Origin: Malacoraja senta
Taxonomy: Eukaryota
NCBI GenBank assembly: GCA_038087875.1
Contig: JAXLNO010000131.1
Span: 1-38,354, forward strand
DNA length: 38,354 nucleotides
Reading direction: 5' to 3'
In this document: piece after piece, positions 12,401 through 21,200 of the stretch
Layout: every line of letters begins with the position of its first letter
How positions within the stretch are numbered: the first letter of the stretch is position 1
Translations under genes and position numbers: made by a program
Notes under the pieces: generated by a model
The model's input: only the letters and a program-made list of their open reading frames with translations
Databases searched by the model: none
What the model was told of the DNA's origin: nothing

Positions 12401-14076
12401 GGAACCGGGACAGGTCAGCGGCGCCATCAAACTCGACCGCAACCAGCGCACTCGCATCTTCTGTCTCCGGGACTTCGTAAACGGTGAGCAGGGTCGTACA
12501 AAGCGCGGTCACTCGGCCCGTGGCGCGGCGGGTAGAGCCGTTACCTCACAGCGTCAGAGACCCGGGTTCCAACCTGACCTCGGGTGCTGTCTGTGTGGAG
12601 TTTGCACGCTCTCCCTGTAACTATATGCGTTTCCTCCGGGTGCTCCGGTTTCCTGCCACACTCCAAAGACGTGCGGGTTTTAGCCCCTCTGTCCCCTGGT
12701 GTGTAGGGAGTGGATGAGAAAGTGGGATATCATGGAAAGGGCTGAGCGATGGTCGGCATGGACTCGGTGGGCCGAAGGGCCTGTTTGCACATATTTCTAA
12801 ACTAAACTCATCCTCGTCGACCAACCCATCCCAGCTACACCAGTCCCACCTGCCCGTGTTTGGCCCATATCCCTCCACACCTGTCTCATCCATGTACCTG
12901 TCCGAATGCTGTTGTTGTACCAGCCCCGCCCCCAGATGCGGGAGGGGGGGGGGGTAACCCCACCACCACTGGGGTAACTAGAGAGCGGGGGGGGGGGGGA
13001 CAATAAATCCTTGAATGACTTCCCGAGCTGGCAATAGACACAGCGTGCTGGAGTAACTCAGCGGGTCAGGCAGCATCTCTGGAGAACATAGATAGGTGAC
13101 GTTTCAGGTCGAGACCCTTCTTCAGACCCCCCCACCCCAACTCCCGACCACACACCCTGCTTTGGGCTCAAACCCAAACTAATGGGGGGTGGCACTCGGC
13201 CCTTCCAGCCCGCCCTACCGCAGACACCTCCCCCGTTCGTGACTGTCCTACCGCTGGGAACATCTGGCTCGGCGTGCGAACTCCACACAGACAACGCAGG
13301 GGCTGGGGATCGAACCTGGGTCTGGGTGGGGGGGGAGATAATAAATCTGAGGTGGGGGAGTGGGCGGTTGCGATCGGCCTCTAGTTGTGTGGAGGGAGGG
13401 GGGGTGTCGTCTCGTTTGGGATGTGCAGTGGCCGTGGGGGTTTCGTACTCCCTCTCACAGATCTCCGCCCCCCCCCCGTCGTTGACCCCTTGCCCCCCCC
13501 CCCCCTCACTGACGCTGCCGTTCCCGTGACAGAGCTGAGGGCGTTCATGGAGCAGCGCGGGGGGGCGCCCACCTGCGCCGCTTACCTGTGCTTTGGGCAG
13601 CAGTTCCTGCGCAGCAACCAGAACAAGAAGCTCATCCTGGTCAAGGTGAGGGGGGGGGAGGGTGACCATGGCGGACACACAACCAGGGGCAGAGGTAAGG
13701 TGGGTGAGGTGGGTCACTGTGAGGGGAGAGGGGGCTGACCTGTGACCCAGGCCCTGGTATGTGGTGAGGGTGCTGTCTCCTCACACTGACCCCCCCCCAC
13801 CCAGGGGGTGGGGGTTGGGGCGTGGGTGGGGGTTGGGGCGTGGGTGGGGGAGTGAGATTGAAGTGCTGTCTTCTCACACTGACCGCCCCCCACCCCGGGG
13901 TGCTGCTCCCACAGGTGGTGCCCCGGGCGTGGGTTGCACTGACGGAGTTGGCCCAGCAGGGCGGCGCCTCCTCACTGGACAGTGACAACGTCAGTCTGCA
14001 CATCTCCAGCACCGCCTCCATCGACAACCTGCTGGCTTTGCTGCGGGAGGTGCAGGACATGGAGCTCGACCTCTGA
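375..14076 (+). CDS. IRF7: Interferon regulatory factor of the IRF3/IRF7 subfamily, 5'-partial and spliced (IRF7 favoured). Exons: 375-435 (tentative), 8677-8778, 10674-10820, 12085-12483, 13533-13645, 13915-14076
   Basis: The exons join in frame through GT-AG introns. They encode the IAD (LDITVYYRGRQVL...LPDIKQRGFTERLL...AERLGRCQVFW...YLCFGQ...KKLILVKVVP) and the tail GGASSLDSDNVSLHISS. The gene is adjacent to CDHR5, as IRF7 is in tetrapods. IRF3 is not excluded. Confidence 0.8.
588..1327 (+). mobile_element. CR1-clade LINE 3' fragment
   Basis: ORF2 C-terminal motifs (ALVRPHLEYCVQFWS, RTRGHSLRI, FFSQRVVSLWNSLP), followed by the 3' UTR and a ctattgtctattg tail. Confidence 0.92.
1608..2000 (-). 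mobile_element. Rex1/Babar- or L2-like LINE 3' end (outermost layer of the nest)
   Basis: ORF2 tail RASKIMKDPYHPSNGLFQMLRSGKR...FFPQAIR, then AATAAA and a (CTTGA)n tail. Confidence 0.85.
2089..2295 (-). repeat. 3' LTR (207 bp)
   Basis: Direct repeat of 6011-6215, differing by 1 substitution and 2 small indels. The PPT AGGGGGAAGGA (2296-2306, minus strand) abuts it. Confidence 0.95.
2334..3958 (-). pseudogene. Gypsy post-RNase H region and integrase (disrupted)
   Basis: ORFs 3319..4008 and 2697..3146: PARLQHMMMQLQRYDF, HSGHPG...CPTC, SSPEYPQSNGLAERAV; C-terminal RTRSGRVSRPPDRY. Confidence 0.9.
4047..5316 (-). pseudogene. Gypsy gag, protease and start of RT (disrupted)
   Basis: ORFs 4971..5381, 4228..5010 and 4047..4262: MASSCRKPDPL..., CPNCGYLH...C / CNYCKKLNHFASVC, AKLDAGVKVN, TLLGNHACQELGL. 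Confidence 0.88.
5370..5980 (-). mobile_element. Rex1/Babar- or L2-like LINE 3' fragment inside the Gypsy leader
   Basis: FYRSTIESILT...HPAHHLFNLLPSGRRYRS; AATAAA and (TCTTGAA)n tail; possible TSD GAGGA (5365-5369 / 5981-5985). Confidence 0.88.
5996..6010 (-). other. Primer-binding site, tRNA-Leu type
   Basis: TGGTGTCAGAAGTGG directly after the 5' LTR; complementary to the recalled vertebrate tRNA-Leu(CAA/CAG) 3' end CCACTTCTGACACCA. Confidence 0.85.
6011..6215 (-). repeat. 5' LTR (205 bp)
   Basis: Direct repeat of 2089-2295, followed on the minus strand by the PBS. Confidence 0.95.
6863..7682 (+). mobile_element. Unclassified non-coding retroposed element (LINE-like 3' end) inserted in CR1
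   Basis: Interrupts CR1 with a TATC duplication. Ends in a hairpin (ttcagaccgaaaggcctgaa), gataaa and a short tandem tail. No recognisable ORF. Confidence 0.65.
7779..7926 (-). mobile_element. Upstream part of the Rex1/L2-like LINE at 1608-2000
   Basis: QLRKFRVSLRILQSFYSGAVESILTGNITIWFGNSSAQ, which precedes the ...AERTMG segment in this ORF2 type. Confidence 0.8.
7950..8118 (-). mobile_element. tRNA-derived V-SINE (HE1-like)
   Basis: Minus strand reads tggtgcagcgggtagag...gacccgggttcac...gtctgtgtggagtttgcatg...ctccagtttcctcccacattccaaag. Confidence 0.82.
8677..8778 (+). CDS. IRF7: IRF linker exon (DQLDAGHPLFLHPQQGGAAVSCLLSEAAEQEGGA)
   Basis: ctgac branch point, pyrimidine tract and ccacag| acceptor; |gtaagt donor; 102 nt, phase 1-1, open. 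Confidence 0.7.
8779..8920 (+). repeat. About 30-bp G-rich minisatellite that repeats the IRF splice donor
   Basis: Unit gtaagtgggggtcaatgtg(g)ncgg, about 5 copies. Confidence 0.9.
9665..9753 (+). mobile_element. Penelope pseudo-LTR fragment inside CR1
   Basis: Near-identical to 10345-10431 and 34741-34828. Confidence 0.8.
9833..10431 (+). mobile_element. Penelope-like element 3' end: GIY-YIG endonuclease and pseudo-LTR
   Basis: ORF 9897..10223: NLIYCIRCSRCQLIYIGETKRRLGDRFAEH...VAQHFN...E...GGLN. This is a GIY-YIG domain with the CxxC..H..H insertion (Neptune-like). Confidence 0.92.
10674..10820 (+). CDS. IRF7: IRF Pro-rich linker exon (ERGWPLPG...WAPILLNGQ)
   Basis: ctgacccttgtctctctctcttag| acceptor; CAAG|gtacgt donor; 147 nt, phase 1-1, in frame with the IAD exon. 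Confidence 0.75.
10863..11540 (-). mobile_element. CR1 LINE 3' fragment inserted in a minisatellite
   Basis: (catagaaa)n tail; ORF 11134..11532. Confidence 0.92.
11541..12066 (+). repeat. 30-bp minisatellite
   Basis: Unit cagtgcggcgctccctcaccgcccctccc(a/c), about 17 copies. One further unit lies at 10836-10862, before the CR1. Confidence 0.95.
12085..12483 (+). CDS. IRF7: IRF association domain (IAD) exon
   Basis: EPSDLDITVYYRGRQVLQCTVTNPGGCRLY...IFCLRDFVN; cacag| acceptor and |gtgagc donor; lies within ORF 12066..12620. Confidence 0.93.
12515..12808 (+). mobile_element. tRNA-derived V-SINE (HE1-like) with a CR1-derived tail
   Basis: A/B-box-like head, V-domain (ctccgggtgctccggtttcctgccacactccaaagac) and 3' gggccgaagggcctgttt...ctaaactaaact. 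Confidence 0.85.
13036..13128 (-). mobile_element. Penelope-type pseudo-LTR fragment with hammerhead-like core
   Basis: Minus strand reads ggtCTGAAGAagggtctcgacctGAAAcgtcacc...gctgagttactccagca. Confidence 0.8.
13533..13645 (+). CDS. IRF7: IRF IAD C-terminal exon
   Basis: ELRAFMEQRGGAPTCAAYLCFGQQFLRSNQNKKLILVK; acag| acceptor and |gtgagg donor. Confidence 0.92.
13915..14076 (+). CDS. IRF7: IRF last coding exon, serine-rich regulatory tail
   Basis: VVPRAWVALTELAQQGGASSLDSDNVSLHISSTASIDNLLALLREVQDMELDL*; cccacag| acceptor, phase 0. Confidence 0.92.
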   Translation: MVPRAWVALTELAQQGGASSLDSDNVSLHISSTASIDNLLALLREVQDMELDL

Positions 14077-14538
14077 CCCCGCTGGACCAGCCTTCTTTGA
14101 CCCCCATTCTCAGGCCCAGACCTGCGACCCTCAGGACAATGGACCAATGACCCTCCGGTGGACCTTTGACCCATGACCCCCGTCCCGCTGGACAATTGAC
14201 CTGAACCCCCCCACACCCAGGCCCTGACTGACCTCCCCACCCAGGCCCTGACATGTGACCGGGGGCGACTGACGCTGGCCGCTGGTCTCCCCCCGGGCCG
14301 GAAACATTCCCTCCCAGTGCAGAGTCACCGGAGCCAGCGACGTGATGGTCAGCGCTGGTCAGTGGCCGGGAGAACGGGTCACGGAGCTCCAGCCTGAATA
14401 CCCCCCCCCCTCGTCTGCTGTCAGTAAACCAGGTGGGAACACAAATGACTCAGTGGACCCCCTGCATCCTAATCTTCTGGATCAGCCCACCAGGAGGAGC
14501 TTTACCAAGTGCCTTACTGAACTTCATGTAGACAAATC

Positions 14539-15095
14539 AGTCTGAAGAAGGGTCTCGACCTGAAACGTCACCCATTCCTTCTCTCCAGAGATGCTCCCTG
14601 TCCCGCTGAGTTACTCCAGCATTTTGTGTCCACCTTACATGTGGACAACATCCGCCGCTTTACCCCCATCCATCACCTTCGTCACCTCGTGGAAAAACTC
14701 CATCAAGTCCAACAGACGCAGATTTAGGCTGATTATCCCCAATTGGCCAATTATTTTACAAATGGGAGTGAATCGTCTCCTGAAGAAGCCTCTCCAATAG
14801 CTTCCCGGTCTGTAAAATCCTGGACAATCCGGATTTCTCTCAAACTAAGGAACACCATTTGATCTCCAGTTTAATCTCCTGATTCCAAGCCTCCAGAACC
14901 CTGTCTCAACTCAATCTCTGCGAATTAAAAGCCGAGACCCTCCCCAGTTCCAGAGTGTAAACGTTACAGGCTCACAGCAGCCTGACCCGAAAACGTCACC
15001 CATTCCTTCTCTCCAGAGATGCTGCCTGTCCCGCTCAGTTACTCCAGCATGTTGTGTCTTCAGTGTAAACCTGCATCTGCAGTTCCCTCCAACAC
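14539..15095 (+). mobile_element. Two Penelope-type pseudo-LTR fragments (14539-14632, 14984-15095) downstream of the IRF stop
   Basis: gaaacgtcacccattccttctctccagagatgct...gagttactccagcat occurs twice. Confidence 0.78.
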
Positions 15096-16324
15096 AACAG
15101 CAGATGTTGGCTCATGCACTGGGCTGGAAGCAACAAAGGCAAACCCTGTGTTGAAGGGCAGAGGTCCAGACCACTGCTGCAAGATGTTGGGATCAACGAT
15201 CAAAGAGATAGAGAATCACAGAGGAAGACGCCTAATCAAACTGTCAGCATCCTCGGGGAAGCAAATGTGCCGACTGTCCGATGTGTCGGAGAGTGGACAC
15301 ACAGAGGCACAGTGTTCGGTCTGAGCGGTATTGGACAAAGAGCCTGGAGGGTTCAAACAGTGCACAAATTAAACGATTTGTACTGAAGGACGTCTCTTGC
15401 AATGAATTGAAATCTGTCTCTAGTGGCAAACATAATTGGGATGTTTCAGGCTGAAGGGATATAACTAGCGGAGTGGCCCAGAGATCGGTCACTGTCCGCT
15501 GTCCACTTGAGTTATGTCAGCGGGCGAGGGAAGTACATGTGCGGTTCCCGAGTTTGCCCAGAACACGCGGGGTTCAAAGGGAGCGGACGGTACCGGTGGG
15601 AGATGTCCCTTGCAGCACCGACACGGGCACATAGACGCAGACAAATTATACCAGTTATAAATTATACATAAATAACACGAGAGAGGCGAAAGTAAAAGCA
15701 AGATATTAGGAAACAGCCCGCGGTTGTGTAAGATGTGTTCAGTTGCCGAGGTAGGGTTAGGGTTATGCGGGTGGATTCGGGAATTTGGTGGTTGTAGAGA
15801 AGTATCTGAGCCTGGCGTGGTATCTGAGACTGTAGCTGCCTGGAATATCCCGCCCATCTGGCAACTGCCGAGTATCTGAAAAGTCCGATCTTGGCCCAAG
15901 GAGATGTGCGGTTTCTTATTTCCTCACGTTAAGGCCGGGTGTATGGGCGAAGGAGGGGTGAGTCTGGCCCAGCGCCGGGCCCCGCTGCTGTAGAGCCTCC
16001 CGCGGCCGCCACCGCCCGTGACCCCCGCAAACTCATCGCCCGCCCGTCCGTTCCCGTGCGCCGCCCCTCCGGTCGCCGTGTCCCACGTCCCCAGCCCAGC
16101 ACGGAAGGCCAGGGAGATTCCAGACGGAGCGGGAGGTGAGATCACGGATCGTTCGCACCCGCTAACTCTCCCCGTCAACTCTCACACCGAGCGACACCGA
16201 CTGGGCTCCGTGAACGGGCAGGAATCACTAACACCCCCGTTCACAGCAGGGACCTTCAGCCTCGCCTGCCGGCCTTCATCAGTGTGTAGCTGATAGATTT
16301 TTTTTGTATAGGATAATTTATTAT

Positions 16325-16700
16325 GTGTAGGAGGGAACTGCAGATGCTGGTTTAAATCGAAGATAGACACAAAATGCTGGAGTTACTCAGCGGGACAGGC
16401 AGCACCTCTGGAGAGAAGGAATGGGTGACGTTTCGGGTCGGGACCCTTCTTCAGACTGAATTATTTATCGTTTGTTTATCGTGTTAATCGACCTGTTTCC
16501 TTTATCGTTGTTTTTTCTGCATATCTTTCATTCATTGTTCTTTATCACTCCACATCATCGTCTATCTCTCGTTTGCCTTATCCCTAACCGGTCTGAAGAA
16601 GGGTCTCGACCCGAAACGTCACCAGACATGCTGCCTGATCCGCTGAGTTACTCCAGCACTCTGTATGTTTGTTATAAACCTGCATCTGCAGTTCCCTGTT
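16325..16700. mobile_element. Inverted pair of Penelope-type pseudo-LTRs
   Basis: 16325-16457 (minus) and 16589-16700 (plus), each with the CTGAAGA..GAAAC core. Confidence 0.8.
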
Positions 16701-16741
16701 TCGACACTTCCTCCCTTTAAACTGACCCGGTTCATCGGGAA

Positions 16742-16942
16742 ATAAGGTCATAAATGATAGGAGCAAAATTAGGCCATTCGGTCCATCAAGTCTACTCCGG
16801 CATTCAATCATGGCTGATCTATCTCTCCCTCCTAACACCATTTTCCCGCCTCCCCATAACCCCTGACACCCATACTAATCAAGAATGTATCTCTCTGCCT
16901 TAAATATATCCATTGACTTGGTCTCCACAGCCATCTGTGGCA
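16742..16942 (-). mobile_element. CR1 3' UTR fragment
   Basis: ggccattcggtccatcaagtctactcc...catggctgatctatctctccc, as in other CR1 tails in the window. Confidence 0.8.
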
Positions 16943-17049
16943 AATAAAATTAGTTATAATGTGGGTAATGGCCCGGAAAAAGCAAATTATAGTGTGAATT
17001 ATAAATACTGATGTTTGTATGATGAATATCGTGGTGTGTCGGTGTGTGT

Positions 17050-17332
17050 GTGCGCGCCCATACATGTGCAGTGTGTGCACATACATGTGCGGTATGTGGA
17101 CATACATGTGCAGTGTGTGCACATACATGTGCAGCGTGTGGACATACGTGTGCGGTATGTGGACATACATGTGCGGTGTGTGGACATACATGTGCAGTGT
17201 GTGGACATACATGTGCGGTGTGTGGACATACATGTGCAGTGTGTGGACATACATGTGCGGTGTGTGGACATACATGTGCGGTGTGTGGACATACATGTGC
17301 GGTGTGTGCACATACATGTGCGGTGCGTGTGG
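17050..17332 (+). repeat. 22-bp minisatellite
   Basis: Unit tgtgtggacatacatgtgc(g/a)g, about 12 copies. Confidence 0.95.
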
Positions 17333-17426
17333 ATCCCGTGAGCGGTGAGTTCCGTGTCCAGACTCCGCTCGTCCGCCGGCAGCCCCACAACTGACTCCCC
17401 GCCCGAGCCGTGTCTCCAGAGCAACA

Positions 17427-17432
17427 TTTATT
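17427..17432 (-). promoter_or_regulatory. Candidate polyadenylation signal of CDHR5
   Basis: tttatt on + = AATAAA on -, about 450 nt after the stop codon. Confidence 0.5.
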
Positions 17433-17877
17433 ATAGATTACAACATTCAACCATATCAACAAACGGCGCGGTTTATCGGGAGGTGTGCCCGGGACCCGGG
17501 AACATTTAACGGACGAGGAGATCAAGTGGGATTAGTGAGACACTTAAAATCGGTGATTTGTCGAATCTTTTGCAACTAATTTTCAAATCGATGAGCACAA
17601 TTGTTGGCGCCAATGGGCCGGGCTAGACAGAGAAGCGGATGAAGAGGTTGCGGGGAGGGGATGATGCGTGGAGGGGGTGGGGGGAGACAGAGGGTGCGCG
17701 CACTGTGACGGGGCGGGCCGGAGGATGGAGCGGACTGGCTGGGGCGGTGGGGAAGAGCGGGAGGATGGGGCAGGGGGGGGGGGGGAGGAGGCCGGGGCTG
17801 GGGGGGGAGAAGGGGGTGGTATTGTCGCGGTGACCAGCCAGGACGTGCGCTGTGTGACCGCGGGCCTGTTCGGGCCG

Positions 17878-18274
17878 CTACAGAACGGAACTGTTGGGCT
17901 CCGCGTCTCCATCCCGCTCTGTGCCCTCCTCGTCCTCGATCACTCGCTCGTCGCGGGCTTCGGGCTGGATGTCTTCCTGGAACCAGACCGCCTTGTATCC
18001 GTCCTCATGCCGCCGCTCCTTGGTGAGGATGGACCGGACCTCGTTGTCCTCGCTCCCCGCTTCCTGCCCGGACTCTTCCAGCGCCGCCGGCCCGTCGCCC
18101 GCTGCCGGTTCCGAGGCCGAGACCGAGCCGACCGGAGCGATCTCGGCCGCCGCCTGCCCAACGCTCGGGGCCGGGTCGGGGAGTCGCCGCCTCAAGGAAG
18201 CCTTGGTTGGTGAACTGCAAGGGGGCGGTTCCGGCTCCGTCTCCGTGTCCGGGTGGCCGCGGGCTCCTGGAACA
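17878..18274 (-). CDS. CDHR5: CDHR5 last coding exon (cytoplasmic tail), with an apparent frameshift near 18180
   Basis: ttgttctag| acceptor gives CSRSP...LQFTNQGFLE. VRSILTKERRHEDGYKAVWFQEDI...PNSSVL* is in a different frame. Confidence 0.85.
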
Positions 18275-21200
18275 CTAGAACAATGCCGGGGATTAGCTGC
18301 AGGCGCCTGGTCACCATCCGCCCCGCTCCGACACCACCGCCCTCTGACCCCACTGCCCTCTGACTCTAGCGACCTCTGACCCCCACCGCCAGTGTAACCT
18401 TCAGTCAGTTGTCGAGCTGCCGCTGTGACGTCAGCTGGAGCAGCCACCATTGGGACCCGGTCACTTCTCTCTGGACTGTCGGCGGACATTTCGCTGACTC
18501 GCACCCGCTTCCCCCTCTCCCCCCCCCCCGCCCCTCTCAAACCCGTCCCCGCTGTTCCTCCCCTCACAAGTTAACCTCTGATGAGCGTTTGTCGGCTCTG
18601 GGCCTGTCCTCGCTGGAGTTTAGACGAACGAAGGGGGACCTCATGGAAACGTATAGAATAGTGGAAGGCTTGGATAGAGTGGATGTGGAGAGGATGTTTC
18701 CCCTAGTGCGAGAGTCTAGGACGAGACTTTCTTTTAGGGAGGAGATAAGGAGGAATTTCTTTAGTCAGAGGGTGGTGAATCTGTGGAATTCTTTGGCACT
18801 GAAGGCTGTGGAGGCCAAGTCATTGGCTATTGTCAAGGCAGAGAAAGATAGATTCTTGATTAGTACGGGTGTCAGAGGTTATGGGGGGGGAGACAGGAGA
18901 ATGGGGTTGGGAGGGAGGGAGAGATAGATCAGCCATGATTGAATGGCAGTAGACTTGATGGGCCGAATGGCCTAATTCTACTATTCCTTATGATGACCGT
19001 ATGACCCCCCCTCACCCCTTCCCCGTTGCCCCCGCACTGTGAAGGGGACTTGGCTCTATCCCGCCTGGTACCAGACCGCCCCTGGGTGACTTACGGCCTT
19101 CAGCGCAGCGGCCGCCCGCTGCTTCAGCGCTCCCCAGCGCCCGCCCAGGAGGAGGGCCGCGATGAGGACGAGACAGATGAGGAGAAGCACCGAGAGGGGG
19201 GCGCCAACAGCCGCCATGTCTCCTGCATTGTAGAGCCGCCACTGCGCGCCGGGACCGCCTGCAACACAAAACCACCAGGGGGCAGTAGTGACGGGACAGG
19301 GACAGGAACCCACCTGAGAGAGTTGTAGAAGTCTACCGCATGGCAACAGGCCCCTCGGTCCATGCTGAGCCAGTTATGTTTGAAAACATGCCCCTCGGCC
19401 CATCCTGTCCATGCTGACCCAGGTATGTTTGAAAACATGCCCTTCGGCCCATCCTGTCCATGATGACCAAGTTATACAGTTTGAAAACAGGCCCTTCGGT
19501 CCATCCTGTCCATGCTGACCCAGTTGGAAAACTGGGCTTGTCCCATTACCCTCTATATGTGTCCCAATGGCCATTAAACATTGTAATTGGATCCGTTTCT
19601 GTAGCTGGCAGCTCGTTCCAGATACCGACGACCCTCTGAGTGAAAGAGGCGCGGGTCCACCTGTTGCTCCGGCTCCGGCTCCGGCGTGTGGACTGTCTGT
19701 CGGTGAGGGAAGGCCGCACGGGGATGGGTGGGTGGGGGGCGGTGGGGGCAATGGGCACCGGGTCAGCGGCCAGTTTACCTGTTGCTCCGGTCCCCGGGAG
19801 AGTGGAGGACATGTCGGGGAGGGGTGTCTGTGTCGGATGCCCGGGCGGTGCCGGTGGTCGCGTTGGTTTAGTTGGCGCAGTCGCTGGCGCTGGAATAAAG
19901 GAGGTCGCGTTAGTGTCGGGGAACGGTGAGGGGGGGGGGGGAGAGGCCGGGGCGGGGCGGGGGGGGCAAGTTATAGGGAGAAGTGGGGGGGGGGCACAGT
20001 GGGAGGAGCAGTAGAGGGAGCGCCGCACTGTGGGTGGGGCGGTACTGAGGGGCAGTGGGACAGAGGGGGGGGGGCAGTGGGGGGACTGGTCAGTTTACCT
20101 GTGGCTCCGGACCCCGGCCTGCGGTGAGGGAGGTGCCGGTCCCGGGGAATCCGTGTGCGGTGGTGTTGTCCGACGGGCTGGAGGGTCGGTGGGAGTAGGG
20201 CGGGATCCAGGGGGCGGCTCTGATGCGGACCCGGGGGTCCCGGGTGTGGTCTGGGACGGTGCCGGTGTCCGGGTTGGTATCGCTGGAGCTGGAATAAAGG
20301 AGGTGGCGTTAATATCGGGGAACGGGGGGGGGGAGGGTCATAAGGCCATAAGTGATATGAGCAGTATTGGGCCATTCGGCCCATCAAATCTACTCCGCCA
20401 TTCAATCATAGCTTCCTCTTAACCCCATTCTCCTGCCTTCTCACCATAACACCTGACACATATCTATCTCTGCCTTTAAAATGTTAATTGGCCGCCTCCA
20501 CAGCCCTCTGTGGCAAAGAATTCCGCAGATTCACCACCCTCTGACGACTAAAGACAGTCCTTTTCATCTCCTTCCTAAAAGAACGTGTTTTAATTCTTTA
20601 ACCTTCAGTCCCGGACTCTCTACCAGTGGAAACGTCGTCTCCACATCCACTCTATCCAAGCCTTTCACTATATGGTAAATGTAAATGAGGTCCCCCCTCA
20701 TTCTTCTAAAGTGCCGTCAAAAGCTCATCATAGGTTAACCTACTCATTCCTGAGATTAATCTTGTAAACCTCCTCTGGACGATCTCCAGAGCCAGCACAT
20801 CCTTCCACAGATACGGTGCCCAAAATTGCTCACAACACTCCAAATACGGCCTGTCCAGCGCCTTATAGAGCCTCAGCATTACATCCCTGTTTTGGTATTC
20901 TAGCCCTCTTAAAATCAATAGACAATGGACAATAGAGGAGGCCATTCGGCCCTTCGAGCCAGCACCGCCGTTCACTGTGATCATGGCTGATCATCCACAA
21001 TCAGTACCCCGTTCCTGCCTCAGTTTACCTGTGGCTCCGGTCCCCCGGCTGCCGGTGAGGGTGGTGCCGGTCCCGGGGGAACCCATGTGTGGTGGTGTTG
21101 TCCGACGGGCTGGGGGGTCGGTGGGAGTAGGGCGGGATCCAGGGGGCGGCTCTGATGCGGACCCGGGGGTCCCGGGTGTGTTCCGGGACGGAGTTGGTTG

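Noticed and set aside
12515..12590. tRNA-like sequence (also 8050-8118)
   Set aside because: SINE heads attached to V-domain bodies; no complete cloverleaf.
13767..13900. Duplicated branch-point segment before the last IRF exon
   Set aside because: A real short duplication, but the upstream copy's AG leads into G-rich low-complexity sequence and nothing suggests it is used.
16832..17525. Cys/His-rich ORFs resembling metal-binding proteins
   Set aside because: Products of the stop-free 22-bp minisatellite.
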